Part shown: in pieces, positions 9,729 through 20,900 of the stretch
Layout: every line of letters starts with the position of its first letter
How positions within the stretch are numbered: position 1 is the first letter of the stretch
Source of the DNA: Clostridia bacterium
GTDB lineage: Bacteria > Bacillota > Clostridia > TANB77 > CAG-508
Reading direction: 5' to 3'
DNA length: 64,000 nt
Assembly (NCBI GenBank): GCA_048355915.1
Contig: DBGCHZ010000010.1
Coordinates: 7,406-71,405, forward strand
Translations under genes and position numbers: made by a program
Notes under the pieces: generated by a model
Database searches by the model: none
Seen by the model: only the letters and a program-made list of their open reading frames with translations
Told to the model about the DNA's origin: nothing

Positions 9729-11234
9729 CTAGTTAAGGGGTTTCATTGTTGGGAATAATAATACATCTCTTATTGAAGCAGCATCTGTTAATAGCATTAC
9801 AAATCTATCTATTCCTATTCCTAATCCTCCTGTTGGTGGTAATCCTATTTCTAATGCTTGAATATAATCTTCATCCATCATTCCAGCTTCTTCATCTCCT
9901 GCATCTCTTGCTTCTACTTGTTTTTTGAATCTTTCGTATTGGTCTATTGGGTCATTTAATTCTGAGAATGCATTTCCATATTCTCTTCCACCTATGAATA
10001 CCTCAAATCTTTCTGTTAATCTTTTATCTTTTACAGATTTTTTTGCTAATGGTGATATTTCAACTGGATAATCATATATGAATGTTGGTTGTATTAATGT
10101 TTTTTCTACATATTCATCAAAGAATAAGCTTATAACATCTCCTCTTGTTTCTTTTGTTTTATCTGGTATTTCTATTCCTTTTTCCTTTGCTAGACTAACA
10201 GCTTCTTCATCTGTATTTATCTCATTAAAGTCTATTCCTGTTACTTCTTTTATTGAATCTATCATTGTTATTCTTTTCCAACCTGGTGTCAAGTCTATTT
10301 CTTGTCCTTGATATGTTATTTTTGTTGTTCCTAAAACGTCTTTTGCTGTTCTTGAAAATAATTCTTCTGTTATATCCATCATATCATTATAATCTTGGTA
10401 TGCTGCATATAATTCAAGCATTGTAAACTCTGGATTATGTCTAATATCCATTCCTTCATTTCTAAATACTCTTCCTAATTCATATACTTTATCAAATCCA
10501 CCTACTATTAATCTTTTTAAGTTCAATTCTAATGCTATTCTTAAATACATATTTATATCTAATGAATTATGATGTGTTATAAATGGTCTTGCAGTAGCTC
10601 CTCCTGAAATAGTATTTAGTATTGGTGTTTCAACCTCTAAGAATCCTTTTTCATTTAAAATATTTCTTATATTGCTAATTATTTTGCTTCTAATTAAAAA
10701 TGTTTGTTTTACCTCTGGATTTACTATTAAATCAGTATATCTTTGTCTATATCTTAAATCTGGATCTTTTAATCCATGGAATTTCTCTGGTAATGGTCTT
10801 AAAGATTTTGAAAGTAATGTTACCTCTTTTGCATGTACTGATATTTCTTCTGTTCTTGTTTTAAATACAAAACCTGTTATACCGATTATATCTCCTATAT
10901 CCCATGTTTTAAACGCTTTATAGCTTTCTTCTCCTAAATCATTTATACTTACATAACTTTGTATTTTTTCATCACAATCTTGTATTGTACAAAATGATGC
11001 TTTTCCCATTATTCTTTTAGCTATTATTCTTCCTGCTACTGTTACATCTTTTTGTTCAAATTTTTCATAATTTGCTTTTACCTCTCCTGCTGTATTTGTT
11101 CTAACAAATTTTGTTATTTCATATGGGTCTTTCCCTTGTTCTTGTAATTCTGATAATTTTTCTCTTCTTATTTGCATTAAATGATTAAAATCTAATTCTT
11201 GTTCTTGATTATTTTCTTGCATTATACAATTCAT
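9729..11234 (-). CDS. lysS: lysine--tRNA ligase (class II)
   Basis: Full-length LysS with class II motifs ([16 protein letters not shown]). The start may instead be the ATG at 11222. Confidence 0.95.
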   Translation of the reverse strand: MNCIMQENNQEQELDFNHLMQIRREKLSELQEQGKDPYEITKFVRTNTAGEVKANYEKFEQKDVTVAGRIIAKRIMGKASFCTIQDCDEKIQSYVSINDLGEESYKAFKTWDIGDIIGITGFVFKTRTEEISVHAKEVTLLSKSLRPLPEKFHGLKDPDLRYRQRYTDLIVNPEVKQTFLIRSKIISNIRNILNEKGFLEVETPILNTISGGATARPFITHHNSLDINMYLRIALELNLKRLIVGGFDKVYELGRVFRNEGMDIRHNPEFTMLELYAAYQDYNDMMDITEELFSRTAKDVLGTTKITYQGQEIDLTPGWKRITMIDSIKEVTGIDFNEINTDEEAVSLAKEKGIEIPDKTKETRGDVISLFFDEYVEKTLIQPTFIYDYPVEISPLAKKSVKDKRLTERFEVFIGGREYGNAFSELNDPIDQYERFKKQVEARDAGDEEAGMMDEDYIQALEIGLPPTGGLGIGIDRFVMLLTDAASIRDVLLFPTMKPLN

Positions 11235-11579
11235 TCCTTTCTTACTTAGTTCAAAGTCACAAAAACAGTTATAAAAGATTAAATTCTTTTAAACTATTAC
11301 ATCCTATTTTGTTTTTGTATATTATATAGCAAAACTCTATAAAAGTAAAGAAAATTTAGAGGTTTTCATAATTTAAATTGTTAGAGCTATTTAATAAAAC
11401 TTATTTTTTACCATATTTAATCTTCTTAATAAAATTTTGATTTTTTCAATTATTATCTATTAAAATTTATATATAATATTAATTTTAAAAATTTTTTAGT
11501 AATTTTTTCTATATACTTATATAAAAAAATAACCAATTATTTTTTGTAAATCAATTAATTGGTTATTTTTTATACTTAT

Positions 11580-12368
11580 TTAATTTTTTATACTTACCTC
11601 TTTTATCGTTGAAACAGCTTCTTCTCCATGATATACTTGTATTTCATAAGTTCCGATTTTATTAACCTCTATTTCAGTCTCATTGCCAGTAAATTCTTCT
11701 TTTATTTGCCATTTTTCTTCACCTTTTATTCTGTATCTAACTTGCCATTTATTTATTGGTCCATTATAAGTAATATTATATATATCAATTCTTCCTTTTC
11801 CATCTGATAAATATTTTCCGTTAATATCAAAATCTACTGGTTCATTTGATAACGGTGTGTATTCTACATTGTATAATCCATCAGGTAATTGCTTTAAAGT
11901 ATAGCATATTATTCCTTTATTTTTTATTCCTTCTGTACTTATAATGCTTCTTTTCTTTATATTAACAAAAAATTCTTGTTGCATATTTTTCAATCCTAAA
12001 AGACCTAATGTCTCGAAATCAAAATATCTATACCCTTCTTTTTCAATTATTCCTGAACCATTTTCTGATTGTGGTTTAAATACAATATTTACTTTATCTT
12101 GTACTGCCAATAGGTCTTTTCCTATATTTAAAATTTCATCTCCTGTGTATTCTATATTTCCTAATGTAACTTTTTCTCCTATTTTCCAATTGTTATACAA
12201 TTCGTTAACATTTTCTTGCATTGTTTTCATTTCTGCTGTAAACTTTGTTAATTTTGATGAATTAATTGTAGATATTCCACTTGTAATCCCTACCGAAGCT
12301 AATATTATTAAGACTATTATAGTAACTGTTAATGCAATTAATGTTACTCCTTTTTCATTTTTTTTCAT
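11580..12368 (-). CDS. prepilin-type N-terminal cleavage/methylation domain protein (pilin-like)
   Basis: MKKNEKGVTLIALTVTIIVLIILA... GGAGG lies upstream of the ATG at 12368. Confidence 0.75.
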   Translation of the reverse strand: MKKNEKGVTLIALTVTIIVLIILASVGITSGISTINSSKLTKFTAEMKTMQENVNELYNNWKIGEKVTLGNIEYTGDEILNIGKDLLAVQDKVNIVFKPQSENGSGIIEKEGYRYFDFETLGLLGLKNMQQEFFVNIKKRSIISTEGIKNKGIICYTLKQLPDGLYNVEYTPLSNEPVDFDINGKYLSDGKGRIDIYNITYNGPINKWQVRYRIKGEEKWQIKEEFTGNETEIEVNKIGTYEIQVYHGEEAVSTIKEVSIKN

Positions 12369-12475
12369 ATGTATTCCTCCATTAATATTCACTCATTTTG
12401 TTAATATTTTTTAAGCAATTTATATTTGTATTAAATATTATTAAAATTCTTTAAACATTTTATATATTTTTTGTT

Positions 12476-12551
12476 TGGCTGGGGTAGTAGGATTCGAACC
12501 TACGAAATCGATGGGTCAGAGCCACCTGCCTTACCACTTGGCTATACCCCA
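12476..12551 (-). tRNA. trnQ: tRNA-Gln (anticodon CTG)
   Basis: Reverse complement TGGGGTATAGCCAAGTGGTAAGGCAGGTGGCTCTGACCCATC...GGTTCGAATCCTACTACCCCAGCCA. Anticodon loop CTCTGAC. Confidence 0.9.
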
Positions 12552-12838
12552 ATATACATTTAATACTATCATTATATTAGCACATTTATTATTTTTTGTC
12601 GAGCTTTTATAAAGATATTTCCTTCTTACTTATAGTTTATCAAACATATTAATTGTACTATGAAAAATTTTATTAATCTTCAATAATTAATTTATGTATT
12701 TTCTATTTTTAATTTAAAAACTATAAATTTACACTTATTCCAAAAAATCTACAAAAACTTAATATTATACTTGAATTTATTTTATTTTTAGTATAAGATA
12801 TTGTTTATAATAATGAGATATACATAGGAGGATTAATA

Positions 12839-13759
12839 ATGCCAAGAAAAACTAAAGAAACAGGTAAAATAAAAAATAATATTACAAAAAAAAGCACAGA
12901 AAAAAACTCAAAAAAAGCTTCTAACAGTAGTACAAAAAACAAAATATCTAATGTTTCTAAAACTAAAAATTCAATAAGCAAAAATGTTAAAAATAATTAT
13001 AATAATTCTAAAAAAACAAGTACAAAAACTCAAAATATTAAAAAAATCAATTCATTATCAACTGATTCTTCTTTAACTAAAATTAAAGGTATCCAAAAAG
13101 TAAATCTAGAAAATACTATTTCTAAAAACACCAAAAGTAAAAAAACAAATATTATAGAATATTATGATTTACCTTATAGATATAACCAAACTGTTGTAAA
13201 AGTATTGGCACAAACTCCTAATAACTTATTTATTTATTGGGATATTTCTGATAAAGATAGAGATAACTATAAAAAGCAATACGGAGAAAATTTCTTTGAA
13301 AATACTAAACCTGTATTAGTTGTTCATAATGATACTTTAAATTACAGTTTTGAAGTTGATATAAATGATTTTGCAAATAGTTGGTATTTACATATAAATG
13401 ATGCAAAATGCGATTATAGAATTGAATTAGGAAGGCGTCCTATTGCTAAATTAGAAAATAATGAAAATACTAATTACATATATATTTCTAGTTCAAATGA
13501 AATAGAATCTCCAAATGACCATGTCTTATTTAATAAAAATCAAAATATGGTTTATTTTAAAAATACTAAAACAGGGAATGTAACTAATAAAAATATAAAT
13601 GCTAATATTTCATTTATGAGAAATATGGGAAAAATTTATAATATATATGATTTATATAAGGCAATTTACAAAGATGAAAATATTGAAGATATTTTTGATT
13701 TATCAAATCCTTCTTCTGGAAATCCATCATCTGGATTTTCTTCATCCCAATTCAAATAA
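12839..13759 (+). CDS. DUF4912-like protein with K/N/S-rich N-terminal tail
   Basis: YDLPYRYNQTVVKVLAQTPNNLFIYWDIS resembles the DUF4912 signature. Pairs with the downstream GH57 gene. Confidence 0.7.
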   Translation: MPRKTKETGKIKNNITKKSTEKNSKKASNSSTKNKISNVSKTKNSISKNVKNNYNNSKKTSTKTQNIKKINSLSTDSSLTKIKGIQKVNLENTISKNTKSKKTNIIEYYDLPYRYNQTVVKVLAQTPNNLFIYWDISDKDRDNYKKQYGENFFENTKPVLVVHNDTLNYSFEVDINDFANSWYLHINDAKCDYRIELGRRPIAKLENNENTNYIYISSSNEIESPNDHVLFNKNQNMVYFKNTKTGNVTNKNINANISFMRNMGKIYNIYDLYKAIYKDENIEDIFDLSNPSSGNPSSGFSSSQFK

Positions 13760-13762
13760 TTT

Positions 13763-13796
13763 GAGACACTTGAGAATGTACTCAAATGTCTCTTTT
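13763..13796 (+). terminator. intrinsic terminator after the DUF4912-like gene
   Basis: GAGACACTTGAG / CTCAAATGTCTC stem (11 of 12 bp), 6-nt loop, TTTT. Confidence 0.65.
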
Positions 13797-13948
13797 ATTG
13801 TTCTATTGTATAAAATCTATAATAATAAAATATAAATAAGAATTAAAATAAATCTTATTGTAAAACGAAATGATATGTAATAGTTTAAGATTAAATTTTT
13901 AATACTGTCGTTTCTACTCTAATATTTAAGCAAAGGAGAAATAATTAA

Positions 13949-15535
13949 ATGCAAGAAAAAAAAGGTTATGTCAGTTTTGTGCTTCATGCTCATCTTCCTT
14001 TTATTCATCATCCAGAAAGTGATGATTATTTAGAGGAATCTTGGTTATATGAAGCCATTTCTGAAACATATATACCATTATTAACAAATTTTCAAAAATT
14101 AGTAGATGAAGGAGTTAATTTTAGAATTACAATGTCTATGACACCACCTCTACTTTCTATGTTAGATAATAAATTATTACAAAAAAAATATATTAATTAC
14201 TTAAAAAAATTAATAGAATTATCAGAAAAAGAAATTAAAAGGACTGCTGGTGATGAAAGATTAAATAAACTTTCTCATTATTACTTTGAAAGATATTCTA
14301 ATGACTTACACCTATTTAAAGATGTTTATAATTGCAATTTAATAAATGCTTTTAAACATTTTCAAGATATTGGTGTTTTAGAAATAATCACTTGTGGTGC
14401 TACACACGGCTATTTTCCTATTTTATATGTAAATGAAAAAACTGTAAAAGCTCAAATTGCAGTTGGTGTACAAACATATGAAAAATATTTTGGTAGAAAA
14501 CCAAGAGGTATTTGGCTTCCTGAATGTGGGTATGTACCTGAATCAGATAAATACCTAAAAGAATTTGGAATTGATTATATTATAACTGAATCTCATGGAA
14601 TTTTATATGCTGACCCTACACCACTTTATGGAACTTTTGCACCTATCGTTTCACCTGAAGGCGTTATAGCTTTTGGTAGAGATATTGAATCTTCTAGGCA
14701 AGTATGGAGCTCAATAAATGGTTATCCTGGTGATTTCAATTATCGTGAATTTTACCGTGATATAGGTTATGAAGCTGATTATGATTATATAAAACCATAT
14801 ATTGCACATAATGGAGTTAGAGTTCATACAGGTATAAAATATTATAGAATTACTGGAAAAAGCGAATTTAAAGATTATTATAACTTGCAATGGGCCAAGG
14901 ATTCTGCTGAAAGACAAGCTGGTCATTTCTTGGATTCTAGAAATTCTCAAATAGCTAATTTAGCTCAATATACTGAAAACCCACCTATTGTTTTATGTCC
15001 TTATGATGCTGAGCTATATGGTCATTGGTGGTATGAAGGTCCTTATTGGTTATATATTTTATTTAAGAAAATTTATTATGATGATTGTAATTTTGAATTA
15101 ATAACACCTTCTGAATATATTGATAAATATCCAAACATGCAAGTTGCTTCTCCTTGTAGGTCAAGTTGGGGTGCAAATGGATATAGTGAGGTTTGGCTAA
15201 ACCCTACGAATGACTATGCTCATAGACATTTACATGTAGCAGGTGATAGAATGTGTGAATTGGCTCAAACTTTCCCTAATAGTAAAGGGTTAAGAAAAAA
15301 AGCTCTTAACCAATGTGCAAGAGAATTATTACTTGCTCAAAGTAGTGATTGGCTATTTATTATTACAAATGGCACAATGGTTGATTATGCCAAAAAAAGA
15401 ATAAAAGACCATATTGGTAGATTTACTAAATTATATAATCAAATTAAAAATGACGAAATCGATGAAGAATTTTTAGATGATATTTCTAAAAAAGATTGTG
15501 TATTTCCTGATATTGATTATATGATTTATTATTAA
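13949..15535 (+). CDS. GH57-family 1,4-alpha-glucan branching enzyme-like protein
   Basis: GYVSFVLHAHLPFIHHPE, WLPECGY and DAELYGHWWYEGP are typical of GH57/DUF1957. Confidence 0.85.
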   Translation: MQEKKGYVSFVLHAHLPFIHHPESDDYLEESWLYEAISETYIPLLTNFQKLVDEGVNFRITMSMTPPLLSMLDNKLLQKKYINYLKKLIELSEKEIKRTAGDERLNKLSHYYFERYSNDLHLFKDVYNCNLINAFKHFQDIGVLEIITCGATHGYFPILYVNEKTVKAQIAVGVQTYEKYFGRKPRGIWLPECGYVPESDKYLKEFGIDYIITESHGILYADPTPLYGTFAPIVSPEGVIAFGRDIESSRQVWSSINGYPGDFNYREFYRDIGYEADYDYIKPYIAHNGVRVHTGIKYYRITGKSEFKDYYNLQWAKDSAERQAGHFLDSRNSQIANLAQYTENPPIVLCPYDAELYGHWWYEGPYWLYILFKKIYYDDCNFELITPSEYIDKYPNMQVASPCRSSWGANGYSEVWLNPTNDYAHRHLHVAGDRMCELAQTFPNSKGLRKKALNQCARELLLAQSSDWLFIITNGTMVDYAKKRIKDHIGRFTKLYNQIKNDEIDEEFLDDISKKDCVFPDIDYMIYY

Positions 15536-15542
15536 TAAATTT

Positions 15543-15580
15543 AAAAAACGAGATGATTATTATTAATCAACTCGTTTTTT
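15543..15580 (+). terminator. intrinsic (bidirectional-looking) terminator after the GH57 gene
   Basis: A6-CGAGATGATTA-ttat-TAATCAACTCG-T6. Confidence 0.75.
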
Positions 15581-15771
15581 GTTATTAGCTATAAAATTTT
15601 ATTTTTTCTTCTACTTTTTCGTTTTATAGTATCAGAAATAACTTTTTTCCATATAAAATATAGTCCTTACATATTATAAAACATCAAATCACAATTTATT
15701 TTTTTCATCATATTATAAGGTATAGATTTTATTTTTTGGTAGATACTAATTTTAATTAGAAAGGGGTAATT

Positions 15772-16647
15772 TTGAATATGAAATCTTTATGTATAAAAAC
15801 AAACAATTCTAAATTGATAGAGTATCTACTAAATGAATTAAAATATAGTAACTTAAAAGATATTTGTTTTTCTACAAATAAATTCAAACATTACCATAAT
15901 ATTATTATCCACTATTTAGGAAATAATCCTAATGAATTTTATTCTAAATTAAGTAATATATTATCTTTTTTAGTTATTGACGAGCTAGAAGATACTATTT
16001 TAGAAAAAATCATTCTCCAAAATTATTTTTATTTTGATTATAATGAAAGAAAAGAAATTTTAAATTATTACTATTCTATTCTAACTGATGATTATTATGA
16101 AAAATTCGAAAAGAAATTTTCAAGTTTATATAATAGTTTTTTAGAATATATATCTAAAAATAAACATATAGTTTTAACTGGATTCTTAAATTTTAGAATA
16201 TCCGAATATTACCAAACTTTAAATGAAATTATTAGTGAAGCAGTGAATTTATATTTAGTAGAAAAAGAATACAAAGAATTTATATCTTTATTACGATTTT
16301 ATATTAACTCTCAAACTGCTAACAGTAATATAATTCATTTAATTTGTAACTCAAATGAAAATATTTTAATGGATGAAAATAAAAATATAATAAATATATC
16401 TGATAAAATCTTTAATGCAAAATATTTAAGTGATATAAGTTTCTCTTCTAATGACTATATTTTAAATACCTTAATTAATTTATTACCCAAAAAAATATAT
16501 ATTCACTTAGTTGATAACTCAATTAATGAATTTATCACTACTTTACAATTAGTATTTGAAAATAGAGTTGAAATATGCACAGATTGTGATATTTGTAAGT
16601 TATATAAAAATAAAAATGTAATAAAAATAGCAAATCCTGATAATTAA
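15772..16647 (+). CDS. YtxC-like sporulation protein (tentative)
   Basis: Size and sequence style of the YtxC family. The start is either the TTG at 15772 or the ATG at 15778. Confidence 0.55.
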   Translation: MNMKSLCIKTNNSKLIEYLLNELKYSNLKDICFSTNKFKHYHNIIIHYLGNNPNEFYSKLSNILSFLVIDELEDTILEKIILQNYFYFDYNERKEILNYYYSILTDDYYEKFEKKFSSLYNSFLEYISKNKHIVLTGFLNFRISEYYQTLNEIISEAVNLYLVEKEYKEFISLLRFYINSQTANSNIIHLICNSNENILMDENKNIINISDKIFNAKYLSDISFSSNDYILNTLINLLPKKIYIHLVDNSINEFITTLQLVFENRVEICTDCDICKLYKNKNVIKIANPDN

Positions 16648-16847
16648 AAATATCTATGGAATACTTAGCACTTTTATTTTTTGATATTCAAAATTCTATA
16701 CAGCTTCAAAATAAACATTAAGTTTTTATATACAAAAAGAACTGTCCTATAATATATTAGTACAGTCCTTTTTTATATTTAAAATTTTGAAATATCTAAT
16801 TATCTTAAAATATAATTTTGTAAATTCAATTATTAAAATCTAAAAAA

Positions 16848-17702
16848 TTATTCAAACATAGTTTCTAATGAATTCATTGCCTCTTCAAGCCCTGGTAGTA
16901 AAGATACTATTACATCTTCATCAACTTTTACTTTCCATTTTCCATCTTGTTTTTCTAATTCTAATTCTCTTTTTTCTGTAACATTTTGTATTGAATCATT
17001 TTTTAATTCTTCTAATAAATATTGTTCTTGTTTTTCTTCATTAATTGCTTCTCCATTCATAGCTACTTTTACAACTTTTTTCATAAAGTTTGTCATTATT
17101 GTTTTAAAATCTTTATTTGTAATTTCTACCTCTACTTTTGCTACATTATTTTCTTTTGTTAAATTTACTATTTTCCATTCTAATTTATTAAAAAGTAATT
17201 GTTTTCCCTCTTTTTCTATTTCGGTATCATTTTCTTCATTTATATCATCTATTTTTTCTGAATTAGTCACATATTTTTTTACTGCTTGAAAATCTCCTGT
17301 TTTTAAAGAATTAAATAATCCATCAACAGTTTTTTCAGGTGAACTTGGTAATACTATAAAAGCCATAATCAAAGCTAATGCAATAACTAATAGTACAACT
17401 CCTCCTATTAGATATCCGGTTTTTGATTTACCTTTTTTCTTTTCTTCTTTATTTGCTTTAATATTTTTTTCTTTTTTGTTGTCTTTTGGGCTTGTTTCTT
17501 TTTTTGTTTCTGCTTTTATTGTTTCAGTAGATGCTTTTTTAAATTTAGGTTCATCTGCTGTTTTTGTTGCTTCTGTTTTTTCTTTAATTGAGGCTTTTTC
17601 TTGTTTATTTACCTCTTTGTTTTCTTTTTGGCTATTCTCTGTTTTGCCTTCTTTCTTTTCTACTTTTTCTTCTAATTTTTCATTTTTTTCTTGTTTTTCC
17701 AT
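16848..17702 (-). CDS. membrane-anchored hypothetical protein with K/E-rich N-terminal region
   Basis: ORF track. Start placed at MEKQEK, with AAGAGG upstream. One TM segment (GYLIGGVVLLVIALALIMAFIVL). Confidence 0.7.
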   Translation of the reverse strand: MEKQEKNEKLEEKVEKKEGKTENSQKENKEVNKQEKASIKEKTEATKTADEPKFKKASTETIKAETKKETSPKDNKKEKNIKANKEEKKKGKSKTGYLIGGVVLLVIALALIMAFIVLPSSPEKTVDGLFNSLKTGDFQAVKKYVTNSEKIDDINEENDTEIEKEGKQLLFNKLEWKIVNLTKENNVAKVEVEITNKDFKTIMTNFMKKVVKVAMNGEAINEEKQEQYLLEELKNDSIQNVTEKRELELEKQDGKWKVKVDEDVIVSLLPGLEEAMNSLETMFE

Positions 17703-17861
17703 AAAAAAACCTCTTTTCATTTCATATTTTATTAAATTATACATTAAACGCTTTTAAAATACAACATTTTTTTATTTTTTTAAAATTTTTTATTCATATT
17801 ACATTTATTACAATTATTAGAATTGATTATTTTTATTTAAAGCAATTATTCAATAATTCTT

Positions 17862-18347
17862 CTATATAAATGGATTTTTTACTTTTCCTGAAATATCAAC
17901 AAAAAACCATAAAGCTAATATTAAAAGTACTCCGTAAAGTATCATTAGTCCCCAATATGCAACTTTTAATGATATTCCCGTAAAATAACATACCCATTTT
18001 ATTAATCTAAAATTAATAAGATTATTTCCTTTTTTGAAACTATTATTTTTAGCATTTATAAATATTTCAGAAGGTATAACATATATTTGTGCTAATTTAT
18101 ATATAGTTTCTGTATCAGGATATTCTAAACCTAGTTCCCACTTTTTTATTTCTTTTTCGTTTACTATTTTCCCTAAACTACTTAATTCTTGCATCAAATG
18201 TATATAAGTCCAATTTTTATCTTCTCTTAGCTTAGTTAATAATTCTTCAATGGTTAATTCTTTTAAATTAACTTTTTTGTTTTCAACATTATTTTCTGCA
18301 TTTTTATTTTGCGTTTTTTCTTCTTTTCTTTTTACGAAAATACTCAT
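17862..18347 (-). CDS. helix-turn-helix (XRE-like) domain membrane protein
   Basis: An HTH-like segment followed by C-terminal TM helices. Confidence 0.6.
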   Translation of the reverse strand: MSIFVKRKEEKTQNKNAENNVENKKVNLKELTIEELLTKLREDKNWTYIHLMQELSSLGKIVNEKEIKKWELGLEYPDTETIYKLAQIYVIPSEIFINAKNNSFKKGNNLINFRLIKWVCYFTGISLKVAYWGLMILYGVLLILALWFFVDISGKVKNPFI

Positions 18348-18487
18348 TAATATTAATTCCTTTTTTATATTTTATATTCAGATTATATCAATATAAAAAA
18401 AGCATTGCAATACATTTATTACAATACTTTTAATAATTAGTTACTATATTATAACATTTCAAATTAACCAGTAGAAACAGTTTATAA

Positions 18488-19423
18488 TTATACTGATTGA
18501 TTAATCCCCGTTGCTACAATTTTAGTCATATTTTCTATTAACTCATCTATTTCTTTGGGTGTCACAATTAAATTATATTCCTTAGGAATTAAAGCTTCTT
18601 TTATTTCCTCATAATTATCCTCTTCTTTTAGTCTATTTAAGTAATCATTAGACTTTGCTTCATCTTGAAGTTTTTCAATAAATAAATCCAAACTATCATT
18701 TACCAATACTGCTGTTTCAACTACTGTTGGTATTCCTATTGCTATAACTGGTATTCCTAAACTATTTTTACTTATTTCACGCCTTGTATTACCAACACCT
18801 GCACCTGGGACTATTCCTGTATCAGATATTTGAACGGTACTACTTATTCTTTCAATGCTTCTAGAAGCTAAGGCATCTATTACTATCAATAATTTAGGAT
18901 TAATATTATCTACTATACCTTTTAATATTTCAACAGTTTCTATTCCTGTTGTTCCTAATACCCCTGGTGATATTGCACTAACCATTCTTGTTCCCTCTTC
19001 TACATATTGTGGTAAATAATTTATTATATGTCTTGTAACTTCAATATCATTAATTACTTTTGGGCCTAAACTATCAGGAGTAACATATATATTTCCTAAT
19101 CCAACTACTAAAATTTCTCCTTTCTTATCTATATGTTTATCTATAATTTTTCCTAGTTCTTTTGAAACAACCGTTGATGCCTTTTCTAATTCTTCCTCTT
19201 GTGCTATTTTTAATCCTTTTATATCAACTGTAACATATGTGCCTATTGGTTTTCCTATTGCTTTTTCGCCTTCCTCATTTGTTATTCTTACTCTTTCTAC
19301 TTTTAAATTTTCATCTATTTCTTCTTGTTCACTTTCAACTCCATTAATTTGTCCTTCTACATTATTTGCTTTTTGATATATGTCTCTTCTTTCTGATGCT
19401 AAGTCTGTTCTAAAATTATACAT
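18488..19423 (-). CDS. gpr: GPR endopeptidase (spore germination protease)
   Basis: MYNFRTDLASERRDIY... GGAGG lies upstream of the ATG at 19423. Confidence 0.9.
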   Translation of the reverse strand: MYNFRTDLASERRDIYQKANNVEGQINGVESEQEEIDENLKVERVRITNEEGEKAIGKPIGTYVTVDIKGLKIAQEEELEKASTVVSKELGKIIDKHIDKKGEILVVGLGNIYVTPDSLGPKVINDIEVTRHIINYLPQYVEEGTRMVSAISPGVLGTTGIETVEILKGIVDNINPKLLIVIDALASRSIERISSTVQISDTGIVPGAGVGNTRREISKNSLGIPVIAIGIPTVVETAVLVNDSLDLFIEKLQDEAKSNDYLNRLKEEDNYEEIKEALIPKEYNLIVTPKEIDELIENMTKIVATGINQSV

Positions 19424-19525
19424 TACTAATACCTCCATTGGTATTAGTTTTCTTTTTATTGAATTTTTTATTCACAAATTTATAATATTTTAATTTACTA
19501 TATTCTTTATCTTTAAACTAGGTTT

Positions 19526-20548
19526 TTATTTCAATTTATTAATAATCTTTGTTTCTTCTATTAATAAATCAAAATCTGATATAAATTTTTTATCTTGCAC
19601 TATTTTATATTTTTCATATTCGTTTTCAGCTTTTTCATCTGCTTCTTTTTTAGTAATTTTTCCTTTGCCTTCCAAAATATCGTAATGTCTTATCGATAAA
19701 ATTGTATCAACTTCTTTTTTCCAGTCTTTCATGTACATAGGTATATTCCTTTCAGCATTGTCCTCAGCTATGTCAAGAAATATATTTACAATATTATTTA
19801 AGTTCTTAAGTTCCATTTCAGATAAATAATTTTTAGCTACTGTCACATCTGACTTTAATATTTTTCCATTTGGAGCTTCTTTCCAAGAAGTTAATCCCAT
19901 ATTTTCTTTGTTACTATCTACTCGATTATATATTATCTCTGCAGCAGTATTTTTAGTTATAGCAAAATGAAACTTATTTTGTATAGTAGCATAAAATTCT
20001 CTTGCTAAATCACTTGTTTTATCATAATCTAAACTACATTCTGCAAAAATATCTGTTATTTTTTGATAAAACATTCTCTCACTTGTTCTAATTAATTTAA
20101 TCTTTTCTAATAATCTTTTAAAATATTCTTGATCAGATTTTTTTCCCTTTAAAAATCTTTCTTCATTTAAACAAAAACCTTGTATCATATAATCTTTTAA
20201 TATTTTATTTGCCCATGCTCTAAATTTTATAGCTGGTTTCGAATTTACTCTAAATCCAATTGAAATTATCATATCTAAATTATAATAACTTTTTAAATAT
20301 TGTTGTTTCCCATTATTCCCCATATGTGCAATTTTTGCACATGTGCTATCTTCTTCTAATTCTTTATCTCTATAAATATTATTTATATGTCGTGTTATGC
20401 CTGTTCTATCAATTTTAAATAATTTAGATAAAGAATCTATATTTAACCAAACATTTTCACCTTGTAAAATAACCTCAACTTTAATATTATCTTCTTCATC
20501 TGTATAAAATAATATATTATTTTCATTTCCTATAAGTTTATTATCCAT
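19526..20548 (-). CDS. rhuM: RhuM family virulence-associated protein
   Basis: The N-terminal DNA-binding-like region and ERMFYQKITDIFA resemble the RhuM family. Confidence 0.75.
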   Translation of the reverse strand: MDNKLIGNENNILFYTDEEDNIKVEVILQGENVWLNIDSLSKLFKIDRTGITRHINNIYRDKELEEDSTCAKIAHMGNNGKQQYLKSYYNLDMIISIGFRVNSKPAIKFRAWANKILKDYMIQGFCLNEERFLKGKKSDQEYFKRLLEKIKLIRTSERMFYQKITDIFAECSLDYDKTSDLAREFYATIQNKFHFAITKNTAAEIIYNRVDSNKENMGLTSWKEAPNGKILKSDVTVAKNYLSEMELKNLNNIVNIFLDIAEDNAERNIPMYMKDWKKEVDTILSIRHYDILEGKGKITKKEADEKAENEYEKYKIVQDKKFISDFDLLIEETKIINKLK

Positions 20549-20900
20549 TTTATATCATCTCCACTTTTTCATTTTTAGAACTTTTGTTTGATTATAATAT
20601 GCATATCTATTTTTGTCAATATCTATTAATTTTAAGTTTCGGCATTTTTTATAAAATAGTTTATATAACTATATTTGCCGTTTCAGTTGTTAAACATTTC
20701 TAATTGTGCAATATTTTTATCTATTTATAAAATAACATAACTTATAAAATTAAAAAAACAAAATTTAAACTATTAATAATCTTTGTTTCTTTTAACAAAA
20801 AAGTAAATTATAGTTTATACCTCACTAATTATATTTTCTTTATAATCAATAGAGCTTTTTTAACTATAATTTACTTTTTAACTTAATTATTTTTACCAAA

